DNA of 54,277 bases from a virus. Its lineage: Duplodnaviria; Caudoviricetes. The position numbers and the translations under genes are program-made. The stretch lies in IMG/VR virus record IMGVR_UViG_3300010373_000058, positions 1 through 54,277 of that record; one strand, written 5' to 3'. Each line of letters opens with the position of its first letter. Positions within the stretch are counted from its first letter, which is position 1. The notes under the pieces were generated by a model, which was given only the letters and a program-made list of their open reading frames with translations, ran no database searches and was not told the DNA's origin. Shown here piece by piece: positions 38,717 through 48,313 of the stretch.

Positions 38717-39466
38717 ATGAAAATAATCTGTTTCACCATGAGCTACTGGGATGACGAGGTGCAGGCTCAAAAGGCCGGGGAACTGTTGATGCCGTGGAAA
38801 CAGACCGTGGACAAATGGTTTAAACCCGTTCACAGGTTTGTGTCCTGTGGAACATGGTCGGAACCTTCGTTGTCACAGTTGGGTGCAGACGTTCCCATCA
38901 TCAACGCCGGGGCTGTGAAGGACCGGCCCTACGATGTAATCTGGCACAATTATTCCGGGTGCGCCTATGGGGCGGCGTTTCACTACGCGCTGACCATGAA
39001 CTACTGGGATTTGATAGCCATACTCGACACCGAAACACTGATCGGGAACGTGGATTTCGATGCTGTGCTGAACGAATTTCTAAAACGACCTGAAATCCAT
39101 TTGAATCAGGACTGGCACGGAAGACCGGGGGGACCGTTGCAGGTCTGGAAACGAGAGGGATTATCGAGATGGTTGAACTATCGTCAAAGGGCAAACTTCA
39201 TTCCCAAGCCCGAAACCGTGGAAGGAGTGGAGCCTGAACCACCGATGTTGTTGGAAGATGAAATGGGAATCATCTACAAAGACCTGTGGTGGAATCCGTG
39301 GCCGGAATTCCCAACCTTGAGGCAGGATTGCGGTGAAGACTCGGAAAAGTACGTCACCCCGGAAGAAACCCTGAAATGGCCGTTCATCCGTAAACCTCAC
39401 CCATCAATCGTGGAACGGTATCTGGCCGAACAGACGCCCCTTGCCAGACCCGTAAAAGACGCGTAG
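38717..39466 (+). CDS. Glycosyltransferase-like protein
   Basis: WDLIAILDTETL (DxD-like after a beta strand); clustered with other GT-like genes. Confidence 0.4.
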   Translation: MKIICFTMSYWDDEVQAQKAGELLMPWKQTVDKWFKPVHRFVSCGTWSEPSLSQLGADVPIINAGAVKDRPYDVIWHNYSGCAYGAAFHYALTMNYWDLIAILDTETLIGNVDFDAVLNEFLKRPEIHLNQDWHGRPGGPLQVWKREGLSRWLNYRQRANFIPKPETVEGVEPEPPMLLEDEMGIIYKDLWWNPWPEFPTLRQDCGEDSEKYVTPEETLKWPFIRKPHPSIVERYLAEQTPLARPVKDA

Positions 39467-39476
39467 AAGTGACACC

Positions 39477-40124
39477 ATGAATTTCAAGAATCCCATCCCG
39501 ATTGGACACAAGTTCGGACGGCTTACCATCCTGTCGTTGGCTGGAATTAAAAAGTATCCCTCTGGGGCCAAGCATACCCTAGTCAGGTGTATGTGCGATT
39601 GCGGGAAAAAATCTACCGTACATCTAAATTTTCTAAAACGAGGTCACACCAATTCCTGCGGATGTTACCAGAGGCAGCGAATAACTGAGTCCCACACAAA
39701 GCATGGAGAGGCTAGAAAGGGAAATGAATCGCCGCTTTACAAAGTGTGGAAGTCAATGAATCAACGCTGTAACGATCCAAACAGTAACACCTATCGGTAC
39801 TATGGGAAAAGGGGCATAAAAGTTGTTTGGAACTCTTTTGAGGATTTCCGAAGGGATATGTCCAAAGACTATCGAATGGGACTGACCATCGACAGAAAAG
39901 ACAACGAAGGTAATTACTCCAAGCAAAATTGCAGATGGGTCACCCAAAAAGAACAAAATCGCAACTACGGAAGAAACCGAATTTTAACCTACAAAGGAGA
40001 AAGTCTTCCAATGGTGGTTTGGGCGGAGAGGTGTGGAATTACACAAGGCACGTTCGGGAATAGAATCCGTTCTGGTTGGTCAATTAACAGGGCAATCAAC
40101 ACACCAATCAGAGGTTCACTATGA
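39477..40124 (+). CDS. HNH homing endonuclease
   Basis: KFGRLT, CMCDCG, SCGC, YGKRGIKV, TIDRKDN.GNY...NCRWVT.KEQNRN. Confidence 0.9.
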   Translation: MNFKNPIPIGHKFGRLTILSLAGIKKYPSGAKHTLVRCMCDCGKKSTVHLNFLKRGHTNSCGCYQRQRITESHTKHGEARKGNESPLYKVWKSMNQRCNDPNSNTYRYYGKRGIKVVWNSFEDFRRDMSKDYRMGLTIDRKDNEGNYSKQNCRWVTQKEQNRNYGRNRILTYKGESLPMVVWAERCGITQGTFGNRIRSGWSINRAINTPIRGSL

Positions 40125-42466
40125 ACTTTACTAATGCAAGAGCCATAGAACAATTAGTTTGGCAAATGAGACTAGCAGATTACCCCCGTTCCAAGGACCG
40201 GGCGAGAATCAATGGTCTTGCCAATGGCGACCCTCCCTACGGACTGAACGCTCAACCGGAACGTGAAATCAACGTCAACGACCTTTCTCTCACCCGATTG
40301 TCACATGACGCAAGATTGCAGCTTTATCAGGCGTTCAACAAACCGGGTAACTTCTTCACCGCCAGAACCGATATGTCGGCGCAAAGCAAGAGGGCTGAAC
40401 GAGGCAATCTGGTGACGGGGTTCATCAACCGGAAGATGAAACGGAACGATTTCTATTTTGAGACCATGCGTTCCAAGTTCGCCTTGCAGGTGATTCACGG
40501 CATCGGCCCTTCCAACTGGGACACAACCGACCGATGGTGTCCTGTTCCGGTGGGAATTGAGGACGTGATGATTCCAAGCCGGACACTGTTGACCTTCCAA
40601 AACCTTCCATTCTTTGCCGTGTGGCGCGGTTTTACAGGGGTGGAACTGAAACGGTTGACCCGTCATCCGGAATCTAATCCCGGCTGGAACATGCCGGTGG
40701 TTGAACGGGCCATCAAATGGATTGACGAACAAACAGCCAAACTTTGGGGAGGGACAACGTGGGCGGAATACTGGGTGCCAGAGAAGTGGACCGAACGGTT
40801 CAAGGAAGATTCCGGTGTGTACGCCAGCGACCTTGTTCCGACCATTGATTGCTGGGATTTCTATTACTGGGACGACGACGGACAACACGAAGGATGGAGA
40901 AGGAGAATCGTGTTCGATGCCGAGGGAGGATACGGCGCATGGGGAGGAGATACCGGGTACGGCGAACAGGAGAAGATGCCGGACAAAAACCTGCTCGGAG
41001 ACAAGGGACTGTTTCTTTACGACTCAGGAAATCGTGTGGTGGCCGACAAGCTCAGTGAGATTATGCACTTCCAGTTTGCCGACCTTAGCGCCGTGGCTCC
41101 GTTCAGGTATCACTCGGTGCGTTCCCTTGGATTTCTTCTCTACGCGGCCTGCCACCTTCAAAACCGTTTGAGGTGCTCTTTTTCGGAAGCTGTGTTTGAG
41201 AACCTGATGATGTACATGCGGGTCAGTTCTCTGGATGACGCCGAACGCGCCCTAAAGATCGAACTGGCCAATCGCGGAATCATAGATGAGACGGTTCATT
41301 TCCTGAATCCCACGGAACGCTGGAACCCGAACGCGCAACTGGCCGAGGCTGGGATGAACGAGTTCAAGCAAATCATCGCTGACAACAGCAGCAGTTACGT
41401 TCAGAACAACAACCTTTCAAGGGACAGGGTGGAGAAGACCAAGTTTCAGGTCATGGCCGAAGTAAACGCCATGCAGACGCTCGTGGGTGCCGCGCTTCAA
41501 CAATCCTATCGGTATGCCGCCAGTGAATACCGGGAGATATTCAGGCGGTTTATGAAGCGGGATTCCACCGACCCGGATGTGATTGAGTTTCGTGGGTTCT
41601 GCAAAAAGAACGGGATACCGGACACTCTGCTTGTCCCTGACGCATGGGACATCGAACCGGAACGCATCATGGGCAGCGGGAACAAGACCCTCGAAATGGC
41701 CATTGCCCAGCAACTGATGGAATGGCGTTCAGCCTACGGTCCACAGGCGCAGCAGCAGATTCTACGCATGGCGACACTGGCCACCGTGGACGATGCAGCC
41801 GTTACCAAGGCGCTCGTGCCAGAAGAACCGGGAGTAAGCAATGCCAAGAAGGACGCCACTCTGGCGGTGGGTTCACTCATGGCCGGTGGAAAGGTGGAGT
41901 TTACCGAAGACCAGAACCGGATTGAACTTGCCCAAACATTGCTGGTGGAACTCTCGTTGCTGGTCAATCAGGTAAAGGCCACCGGTGGAATGGTGAGTGA
42001 CGCCGGTCAGTTGATTGGTTTCCAGAACTTCCTGAAACATGTCAGCGAATTGATTGCTGAGATTTCACAGGACAAGGCGCAGGGCGAACTGGCCAAGAAA
42101 ATGGCTCAGGCGAGTGGAAATCTTGCCAATGAAATCAAGGGATTCGCTCAACGATTCCAGCAGAAACAAAAGGCCGAGGCATCCAAGAACGGGAACGGTG
42201 GACTGGACGATCAGACTCGGGCCAAGGTCGCCGCCACACTGCTCACGGCCAAGGTCAAGGCGGCCAACACCCGTGAGAGTCACGCACAAAGGACGGCTCA
42301 GAGACAGGCCGAGTCTGAATTGGCAATGCAACAGCGTGAACGAGAGAACAAGCAACAATTACGGCACGAGGCTCAAAGACAAGCATTGGACGTGGCCGCT
42401 CAGGACTTGAAGACGGCTGCGGAGATACGAAGGGCGAGAAAGGTAAAACCGGATGCCGGAGGGTGA
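40121..42466 (+). CDS. Portal protein
   Basis: 781 aa between TerL and scaffold/capsid; long Q/A-rich coiled-coil C-terminus as in P22-like portals. Confidence 0.7.
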   Translation: MNFTNARAIEQLVWQMRLADYPRSKDRARINGLANGDPPYGLNAQPEREINVNDLSLTRLSHDARLQLYQAFNKPGNFFTARTDMSAQSKRAERGNLVTGFINRKMKRNDFYFETMRSKFALQVIHGIGPSNWDTTDRWCPVPVGIEDVMIPSRTLLTFQNLPFFAVWRGFTGVELKRLTRHPESNPGWNMPVVERAIKWIDEQTAKLWGGTTWAEYWVPEKWTERFKEDSGVYASDLVPTIDCWDFYYWDDDGQHEGWRRRIVFDAEGGYGAWGGDTGYGEQEKMPDKNLLGDKGLFLYDSGNRVVADKLSEIMHFQFADLSAVAPFRYHSVRSLGFLLYAACHLQNRLRCSFSEAVFENLMMYMRVSSLDDAERALKIELANRGIIDETVHFLNPTERWNPNAQLAEAGMNEFKQIIADNSSSYVQNNNLSRDRVEKTKFQVMAEVNAMQTLVGAALQQSYRYAASEYREIFRRFMKRDSTDPDVIEFRGFCKKNGIPDTLLVPDAWDIEPERIMGSGNKTLEMAIAQQLMEWRSAYGPQAQQQILRMATLATVDDAAVTKALVPEEPGVSNAKKDATLAVGSLMAGGKVEFTEDQNRIELAQTLLVELSLLVNQVKATGGMVSDAGQLIGFQNFLKHVSELIAEISQDKAQGELAKKMAQASGNLANEIKGFAQRFQQKQKAEASKNGNGGLDDQTRAKVAATLLTAKVKAANTRESHAQRTAQRQAESELAMQQRERENKQQLRHEAQRQALDVAAQDLKTAAEIRRARKVKPDAGG

Positions 42467-42534
42467 CGCTGAACTTGCAGACGATGGACTTCCAGAAGAC
42501 ATAAAGGAAGACGAACCCGGAGACGAAGGCGAAG

Positions 42535-44883
42535 ATGAGTGACCTCAGTGAAAAAACAATTCTCGTGGTGGACAGTGGGATGTTCCTTCCGTTCGCTCTT
42601 AGGATGTCCGATTCATTCGGGCGTGTGTTGTTCTGGAATCCTGTGGAACAGGCGTCCCCAAGGGTTCACGAGGCGCAGATAGGAGAAGGATTCGATGAAA
42701 TCATCGTGGTTGAATCAATCTTCTCAGAACTGGACGATGTGGATGTGTTCGCTTTTCCCGACTGCATCCATCCTGCGTTGCAGAACTGGTTGAGGGAACA
42801 GGGAAAGGCTGTGTGGGGAAGCGGTGTGGCGGTCAATCTCGAATGGAACCGGGAACTGTTCCGCATTCACATGGAAGACCTGGGCCTTCCGGTTCACCCC
42901 TACCACATCGCCCACGGGCTGTCCGACCTGACCGATTATCTCAAGGACAAGAAAGACCAGTACATCCGCATCAGCCGGTATCGAGGCAACGGAGAGACAT
43001 GGCGCTGGATTGACTCCGAACTGTCCTCGAATCGCCTGGACGAACTCGCCATCGAATACGGACCTATTCAAGAGACGATAGATTTCCTGGTTGAATCGGC
43101 ATTCGACGCGAAGGAGGTTGGCTATGACGGGTTCTTTTACGGTGGAAGATTTCCCGGTTCGGCTTTTCATGGAATTGAGAGAAAGGACAAAAGCTACTTC
43201 GGAGCACTGTGCGATTACGATGACCTTCCAAAACCACTAAAGACCGTCACCGATTCAATCGGACCGCTTCTGGAAAAGATGGGATACGCAAACAACTTTC
43301 ACGCGGAAGTCAGGGTGACGCCGGACGGTACTCCCTACTTCACGGACCCTACCTGTTTCAGCGAAGATACAGAGATTTTAACGGACTCTGGATGGAAGTT
43401 CTTCAAAGAGTTAAGTGGTGATGAACGTGTTTGTACTCTTGAGCCAAACACCAACCATATTGAGTACCACAAACCTTCCCGGCATGTCAGATATTGGTAC
43501 TCGGGTCAAATGTTGGAAATTGCAAACAGAAAACGAGATTTGGAGCTTTTAGTGACTCCCGGTCATTCTGTATGGGGAAGGACGAAACCGCACAAGCCAT
43601 TGTCAGAATTCAGAGCGGATTCGCTTCCTCCACAATTGTCAATTCCAAGAACTGGTATTTGGAACGGGGTGGAAGTGTCTGATTTTGTACTTCCCGCTTA
43701 CTCTAACAGATGGAGTAGCGGAAAAGGAAAACACATCGAAAAAACGATTTACCTTCCAGCCGTGACCATTCCAATGGATTCCTGGATCAGGTTCCTCGGG
43801 GTTTTCTTATCAGAGGGTCACACCAGCAGGTGGCAGGTTGTAATTACCCAAACAAAATATCGTGAAAAGATATGGGAGATACTGAAGACCCTCCCATTCG
43901 ACTGGAGGCCGTATCCGAAGGGATTCAGAACAAGCAGTATTCAATTGTCTTCGTTCCTTGCAAGTACGGGATTAAGGCACGAGAGGGGGATACATCCGTT
44001 TTTAAAGATGCTGAGCAGCCGTCAAATAAACTTGTTTCTTGATTCCTATTGTCTTGGTGATGGTTCAAATCGTAGAGGCAACAGACTGATAAGTACCACT
44101 TCCAAAAACACTGCTAATGACATTCAGGAGTTGTTTCTAAAGGCTGGGAGTGTTGCGTCCATTAGGACTATTACAAAGGCCGGTTCGGAGGTGGCCATAT
44201 CAAACGGTAAATACATCACCAAGCATGATTCACTTCTTGTTCGGGAGCGAATCAGATTCAAGGATTTCTGGTTGGAGGGTGGAAATCGAAAACATCTCTA
44301 CATAAATCCAGTTTCTTACCAAGGAATGGTGTACGACGTAACAGTAAATAATCATATTTTGTACGTCAGGAGAAACGGAAAGCCCTGTTGGTCTGGAAAC
44401 TGTCGCCACGCAAGCCCAGCAGGAGAACCCTTGCTTGAAGCGTGCTCAAATCTTCCCGAAGTCGTGTTGGCTGCGGCGCATGGTGAATACATCGAACCGG
44501 AGTGGGAATCGAAGTTCGTGGCTCAGGTGTTGATTGACCACAAGGACGACGGCAAGGAACACTGGCGAACGGTCAGAGTGCCCGACCTGCGATGGGTTAA
44601 ACTTTACAACGCATCCAAGGTTGGAAACGACCTTTACGCAATCCCGCCACTGCCACATTCCTGCGCGTCCATAGGATCGGTGCTGGGTCAGGGGAACACA
44701 CCGGAAGAAGCCGTTGAAGAACTCAAGAAACACGCGGCTGAACTTGAAGGACAGGACGTTGTCGTGGACACCGCATCGCTGGCTGCGGCCATTGCTGAGA
44801 GTGATTCTGATGAACCCGGTTCGGTCGAAATGGGCGGGGCAGACTCTCAGGAAGCCGTGGAACTGGCAAGAGACGAAGATTAA
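42535..44883 (+). CDS. PurD-like ATP-grasp ligase with intein
   Basis: VWGSG...LE.NR; YFTDPT|CRHASP aligns with PurD E.N.RFGDP; spliced length 433 aa. Confidence 0.7.
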   Translation: MSDLSEKTILVVDSGMFLPFALRMSDSFGRVLFWNPVEQASPRVHEAQIGEGFDEIIVVESIFSELDDVDVFAFPDCIHPALQNWLREQGKAVWGSGVAVNLEWNRELFRIHMEDLGLPVHPYHIAHGLSDLTDYLKDKKDQYIRISRYRGNGETWRWIDSELSSNRLDELAIEYGPIQETIDFLVESAFDAKEVGYDGFFYGGRFPGSAFHGIERKDKSYFGALCDYDDLPKPLKTVTDSIGPLLEKMGYANNFHAEVRVTPDGTPYFTDPTCFSEDTEILTDSGWKFFKELSGDERVCTLEPNTNHIEYHKPSRHVRYWYSGQMLEIANRKRDLELLVTPGHSVWGRTKPHKPLSEFRADSLPPQLSIPRTGIWNGVEVSDFVLPAYSNRWSSGKGKHIEKTIYLPAVTIPMDSWIRFLGVFLSEGHTSRWQVVITQTKYREKIWEILKTLPFDWRPYPKGFRTSSIQLSSFLASTGLRHERGIHPFLKMLSSRQINLFLDSYCLGDGSNRRGNRLISTTSKNTANDIQELFLKAGSVASIRTITKAGSEVAISNGKYITKHDSLLVRERIRFKDFWLEGGNRKHLYINPVSYQGMVYDVTVNNHILYVRRNGKPCWSGNCRHASPAGEPLLEACSNLPEVVLAAAHGEYIEPEWESKFVAQVLIDHKDDGKEHWRTVRVPDLRWVKLYNASKVGNDLYAIPPLPHSCASIGSVLGQGNTPEEAVEELKKHAAELEGQDVVVDTASLAAAIAESDSDEPGSVEMGGADSQEAVELARDED
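43354..44400 (+). mobile_element. Intein with LAGLIDADG endonuclease
   Basis: CFSEDTEILT..GW, VTPGH, FLGVFLSEG, FLDSYCLGDG, VYDVTV..H.LYVRRNGK..WSGN|C. Confidence 0.92.
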
Positions 44884-45135
44884 ACTTGCGTAAGTCAGAC
44901 CCGTTTGTAAGTTACGCATGTGACCGACAACCCCTGCGAGCTTCCAGTTTACGCCCGACCCCCCGGATGCGGTCCTACTCCAAAGGGGATACCGATTGTC
45001 GAGAAACCGCACAAGATGGCGAAGGGCATCGTCAAGGTATCTAAGTTGATGAAGGGCTTGAGCAAGACCATGCCGCTCAAGAGAAGCCTTGTGAAACGAA
45101 TCAAGGCGTACCCGAAGACCAACAAGAAGCGGTAT

Positions 45136-45223
45136 TTCTAACAACGAAGTCAGGCACGGCGGACCTGACGCACCGAATTAACCCGCAGCGCAACCCGCCG
45201 CTGCCTGCACTGACTGGTTAGGA
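45136..45223 (-). mobile_element. attC-like site L
   Basis: Minus: TCCTAAC-CAGTC-AGTGCAGGCAGCGGCGG...CCGCCGTGCCTGACT-TCGTT-GTTAGAA. Confidence 0.75.
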
Positions 45224-45230
45224 GTCCTTT

Positions 45231-45713
45231 ATGAGTAGAAGTGGATATAGCGACGAATGTGAAAATCTCGAACTGTATCGAGCATCTGTGGATCGTGCGC
45301 TGCACGGAAAACGCGGACAAGCGTTCCTGCGTGAACTCGCCGCCGCGATGGACGCAATGCCTGAGAAAGTGCTCATCGCTGGAGAACTGGTGAGCGAAAA
45401 AGGCGAGTGCTGCACCATCGGCGTGGTGTGCAAAACTCGCCAACTGGATGTCAGCCGCGTGGACTACTACGATCCTGATTCCGTCGCCAAGGCAATCGGC
45501 GTAGCGCGTTCGATGGCTGCCGAAATCGAACACATGAACGACGAGTGGGGAACGGCAAGTGAACTGCCGAACGAGCGATGGAATCGGATGCGTAAATGGG
45601 TGTCCGACAACCTCGCGGCTCAGACTCCTAAAGACGAGATCAGGCACACCGGAACAGAGACTCACAGTGAACAAGAAAACAAAGGGCCGGTGTTGCCTGA
45701 ATCGAAGCGTTAG
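45231..45713 (+). CDS. Cassette-borne conserved phage protein
   Basis: SRSGYSD...GKRGQAFLREL..A.DAMP.K.LI...NDE...RW.RMR.WV; reads through attC M. Confidence 0.75.
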   Translation: MSRSGYSDECENLELYRASVDRALHGKRGQAFLRELAAAMDAMPEKVLIAGELVSEKGECCTIGVVCKTRQLDVSRVDYYDPDSVAKAIGVARSMAAEIEHMNDEWGTASELPNERWNRMRKWVSDNLAAQTPKDEIRHTGTETHSEQENKGPVLPESKR

Positions 45714-45715
45714 AA
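45626..45715 (-). mobile_element. attC-like site M (R' GTT>TTT)
   Basis: Minus: TTCTAAC-GCTTC-GATTCAGGCAACACCGG...CCGGTGTGCCTGATC-TCGTC-TTTAGGA. Confidence 0.7.
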
Positions 45716-45719
45716 GCAC

Positions 45720-46031
45720 ATGCCACTTCAGCCCAAGACACGGTTTCTGGAACAAGACCCCAAGGTGCTTGAAGCCTACCTTTCCACACTCGGTTCGGAC
45801 CAGTTCCTCAAGGCGGCTGAGGCATCCCTGTTGCAACTGGTGGTCAACACCAAGCCGGTCTCGGCAGACATTCATTCGTCTGCTGCCGCATGGAACCAGA
45901 TTGAAGGGGCCAGAAGGTTTCTGGACACGTTGCTGTCCATTGCCGAGAAGACCGCTCCGGTGAGCCGTGAAAAGCCAGGATACGAACTCAGTTACACGCC
46001 AGTCAAGCCTCCGTTACCAAAACAAAAATGA
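45720..46031 (+). CDS. Hypothetical head-module protein
   Basis: Helical, ~100 aa, between portal and scaffold. Confidence 0.55.
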   Translation: MPLQPKTRFLEQDPKVLEAYLSTLGSDQFLKAAEASLLQLVVNTKPVSADIHSSAAAWNQIEGARRFLDTLLSIAEKTAPVSREKPGYELSYTPVKPPLPKQK

Positions 46032-46343
46032 GCGAAGCAAGGTACATCTTGAAAACGATTGTCCTGTCCAAGAGTGACGCTGAAAAGTTTCGCAAGCAGG
46101 AGATTGAAGTGGCAACGGCAGCCGTGAGGAACCTTTATTCGGAAGCATCCGACGCGGCCAGGAAGTTGAAGGAATTGATTGATTCACCGTTGAGAACCGA
46201 GCGAACGGATTATGTGCGAATCGGACCCGGACACCCGGACTGGGACAAGGCCGAGCATGAAATGACAACAGGCCAGATGGCGTACGATATTTTACACGGA
46301 TTCAAAGTGGACGAGACATCAAAAGAACTACTAATCTAAACCT

Positions 46344-47642
46344 ATGTCTGAAACACTCACCGCACCACCACCGCCCACTCCAGCACCATCCGCTCCAGCC
46401 AAGGCAGCCCCGGCACCGGCAAAACCTTCTGCACCTGCCAGAGACCCCAAGGAAGGGTTCATGTCAGGTCTCAAAGCTGCGGCGGAAAAGGGGCCGAACC
46501 TCAAGAACGTTGAACCACAGGTAAAGAAGGCGTTTGAGGCTGATTTGTCGAAACCCACCCAACCCTCGACGGAACCACCCAAGGCACCAGAAAAGGCACC
46601 CCAAACGCCCGCAGAGCCACCCAAAACTCAAGGTGAACAAACACCTCCTGCACAGGAACAGAAGGCTCCTGTGGAAGCCAAGGGCGAAAAGAAGCCCGGC
46701 GCGTGGCAACTCAAGGAACGATACGAGAAACTCGCCCGTGAATACGAGAAAAGGGCCGTGGAAGCCGAATCCAAGCTGGCGCAGATGGGGGATGCGGACA
46801 AACTTCGTCAACGGGCTGAACAGGCCGAGACAAGGCTCAAGGAACTGGATGAACACATCCGATACGTGGACTATTCCAAGAGCGAGGAATTCAAGACCAA
46901 GTACCAGCAACCCTACGAAGAGGCGTGGACCCATGCGGTTAATGATTTGAAGGAATTGCAGGTCTCATTACCGGACGGAAACCAGAGGACGGGAACTGTG
47001 CAAGACCTTCTGGCGCTGGCCAACCTTCCACTTGGGGAAGCCCGAAGGCGGGCCAATGATATGTTCGGAGAAGCGGCGGATGATGTCATGGCCCATTACC
47101 GGAAGGTTCGAGAACTCAGTTCGGCTCAAACGAGAGCCTTGGAAGAGGCCAGGAAGAACGGTGCAGAACGACAGACACAGCAGACCACGGCGCAAAAGAC
47201 CGCGATGGAACAGACAGCAAAATTGTTTCACCAATTCCGTGAGGAAGACTCGGCGAAGTACGACTTCCTGAAACCCAAAGAGGGCGACGAGCAATGGAAC
47301 TCGAAGCTCAAACAGGCCACCGATTACGTGGACAGCGCGTTTTCCAGCAGTTCAAGTGACCCGCGACTTACACCCGAACAAAGGGCGGAAATCGTGAGGA
47401 AACACGCCAGCGTACGGGGACGGGCCATTGGATTCACCACGTTGAAGATGGAGAACACCCGGTTGAAGAACGAACTGGCGGAACGCGACAAGATCATCGC
47501 CCAGTACAAGGGTGGTGAACCCAACAACGGTCAGCCGCACGGGGGCGAAGCTGCCAGCACCGCACCTATTGACGCTATGGAACGGTTCAGGCAGAAGGCA
47601 TTCAGCATCGCCGGTAAGAACCCTAAACGTATGACGCCATGA
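46344..47642 (+). CDS. Capsid scaffolding protein
   Basis: Pro/Ala/Lys-rich N-terminus and coiled coil, upstream of MCP. Confidence 0.7.
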   Translation: MSETLTAPPPPTPAPSAPAKAAPAPAKPSAPARDPKEGFMSGLKAAAEKGPNLKNVEPQVKKAFEADLSKPTQPSTEPPKAPEKAPQTPAEPPKTQGEQTPPAQEQKAPVEAKGEKKPGAWQLKERYEKLAREYEKRAVEAESKLAQMGDADKLRQRAEQAETRLKELDEHIRYVDYSKSEEFKTKYQQPYEEAWTHAVNDLKELQVSLPDGNQRTGTVQDLLALANLPLGEARRRANDMFGEAADDVMAHYRKVRELSSAQTRALEEARKNGAERQTQQTTAQKTAMEQTAKLFHQFREEDSAKYDFLKPKEGDEQWNSKLKQATDYVDSAFSSSSSDPRLTPEQRAEIVRKHASVRGRAIGFTTLKMENTRLKNELAERDKIIAQYKGGEPNNGQPHGGEAASTAPIDAMERFRQKAFSIAGKNPKRMTP

Positions 47643-48086
47643 CCCCCGAAGAGCTTGGAATTAAAACCCCCTCTGGTGCCATCGGTGTTCACAAAGGCCG
47701 GGTAATCTTTCAACATGGTGAAACGGTCCTTGGATTCGATCCACCGCAGGCCATCCTGCTTGCCTCGTTGCTGCTTCAAAACGCGGTCAAGGCGATGAAC
47801 CCTGCAAGTGAAGTGGTAAAGGAAGCCGTGGACAAGGCTTTCGGGGAAGAACCTGCCAAACAAAATTGAACCTTCGATTTCAAAGATTCGACCGGGTGTT
47901 GAAAACCCGGTTCCGTAATCACACCAGACCATTGCCAACCGGGTTGCACCTGTTACCAACGGTTAGGGTCAACAACTGGATGCCCAAATACCCGTTCTAT
48001 CATGTGTCCTTCGTGTGGCTGTGCTGGACATGGGACGTATGGTGGTTGACCGGCCTTGCTGGAATGGGTTCCCGTAATTCTGTCTC

Positions 48087-48313
48087 TTGACAGATTCAAC
48101 TCCTTCGCGTAGTAGTCCCCTCAAGCAAGCATCCGCTTTGTGATGTCGAGCGGGAGTTAGACCCGCAAAAAGTCCGGTGGCACTTTCAAAGCCGCCTCAG
48201 CTTAGCAGTCTGAAGTACGCTGACTTCAAAGAATCCCCGCCAGAACTGTCCGCGCATGTGCGCTTTGTCAGGGTCTGACGGAAACCAATTAACTTTGAAA
48301 GTCAGACAAGCGT
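48087..48313 (+). promoter_or_regulatory. Putative promoter and structured 5' leader of major capsid gene
   Basis: TTGACA at 48087 (weak -10); hairpins GCGGG/CCCGC, GGTGGC/GCCGCC, TGAAGT/ACTTCA, GTCTGAC/GTCAGAC. Confidence 0.5.
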
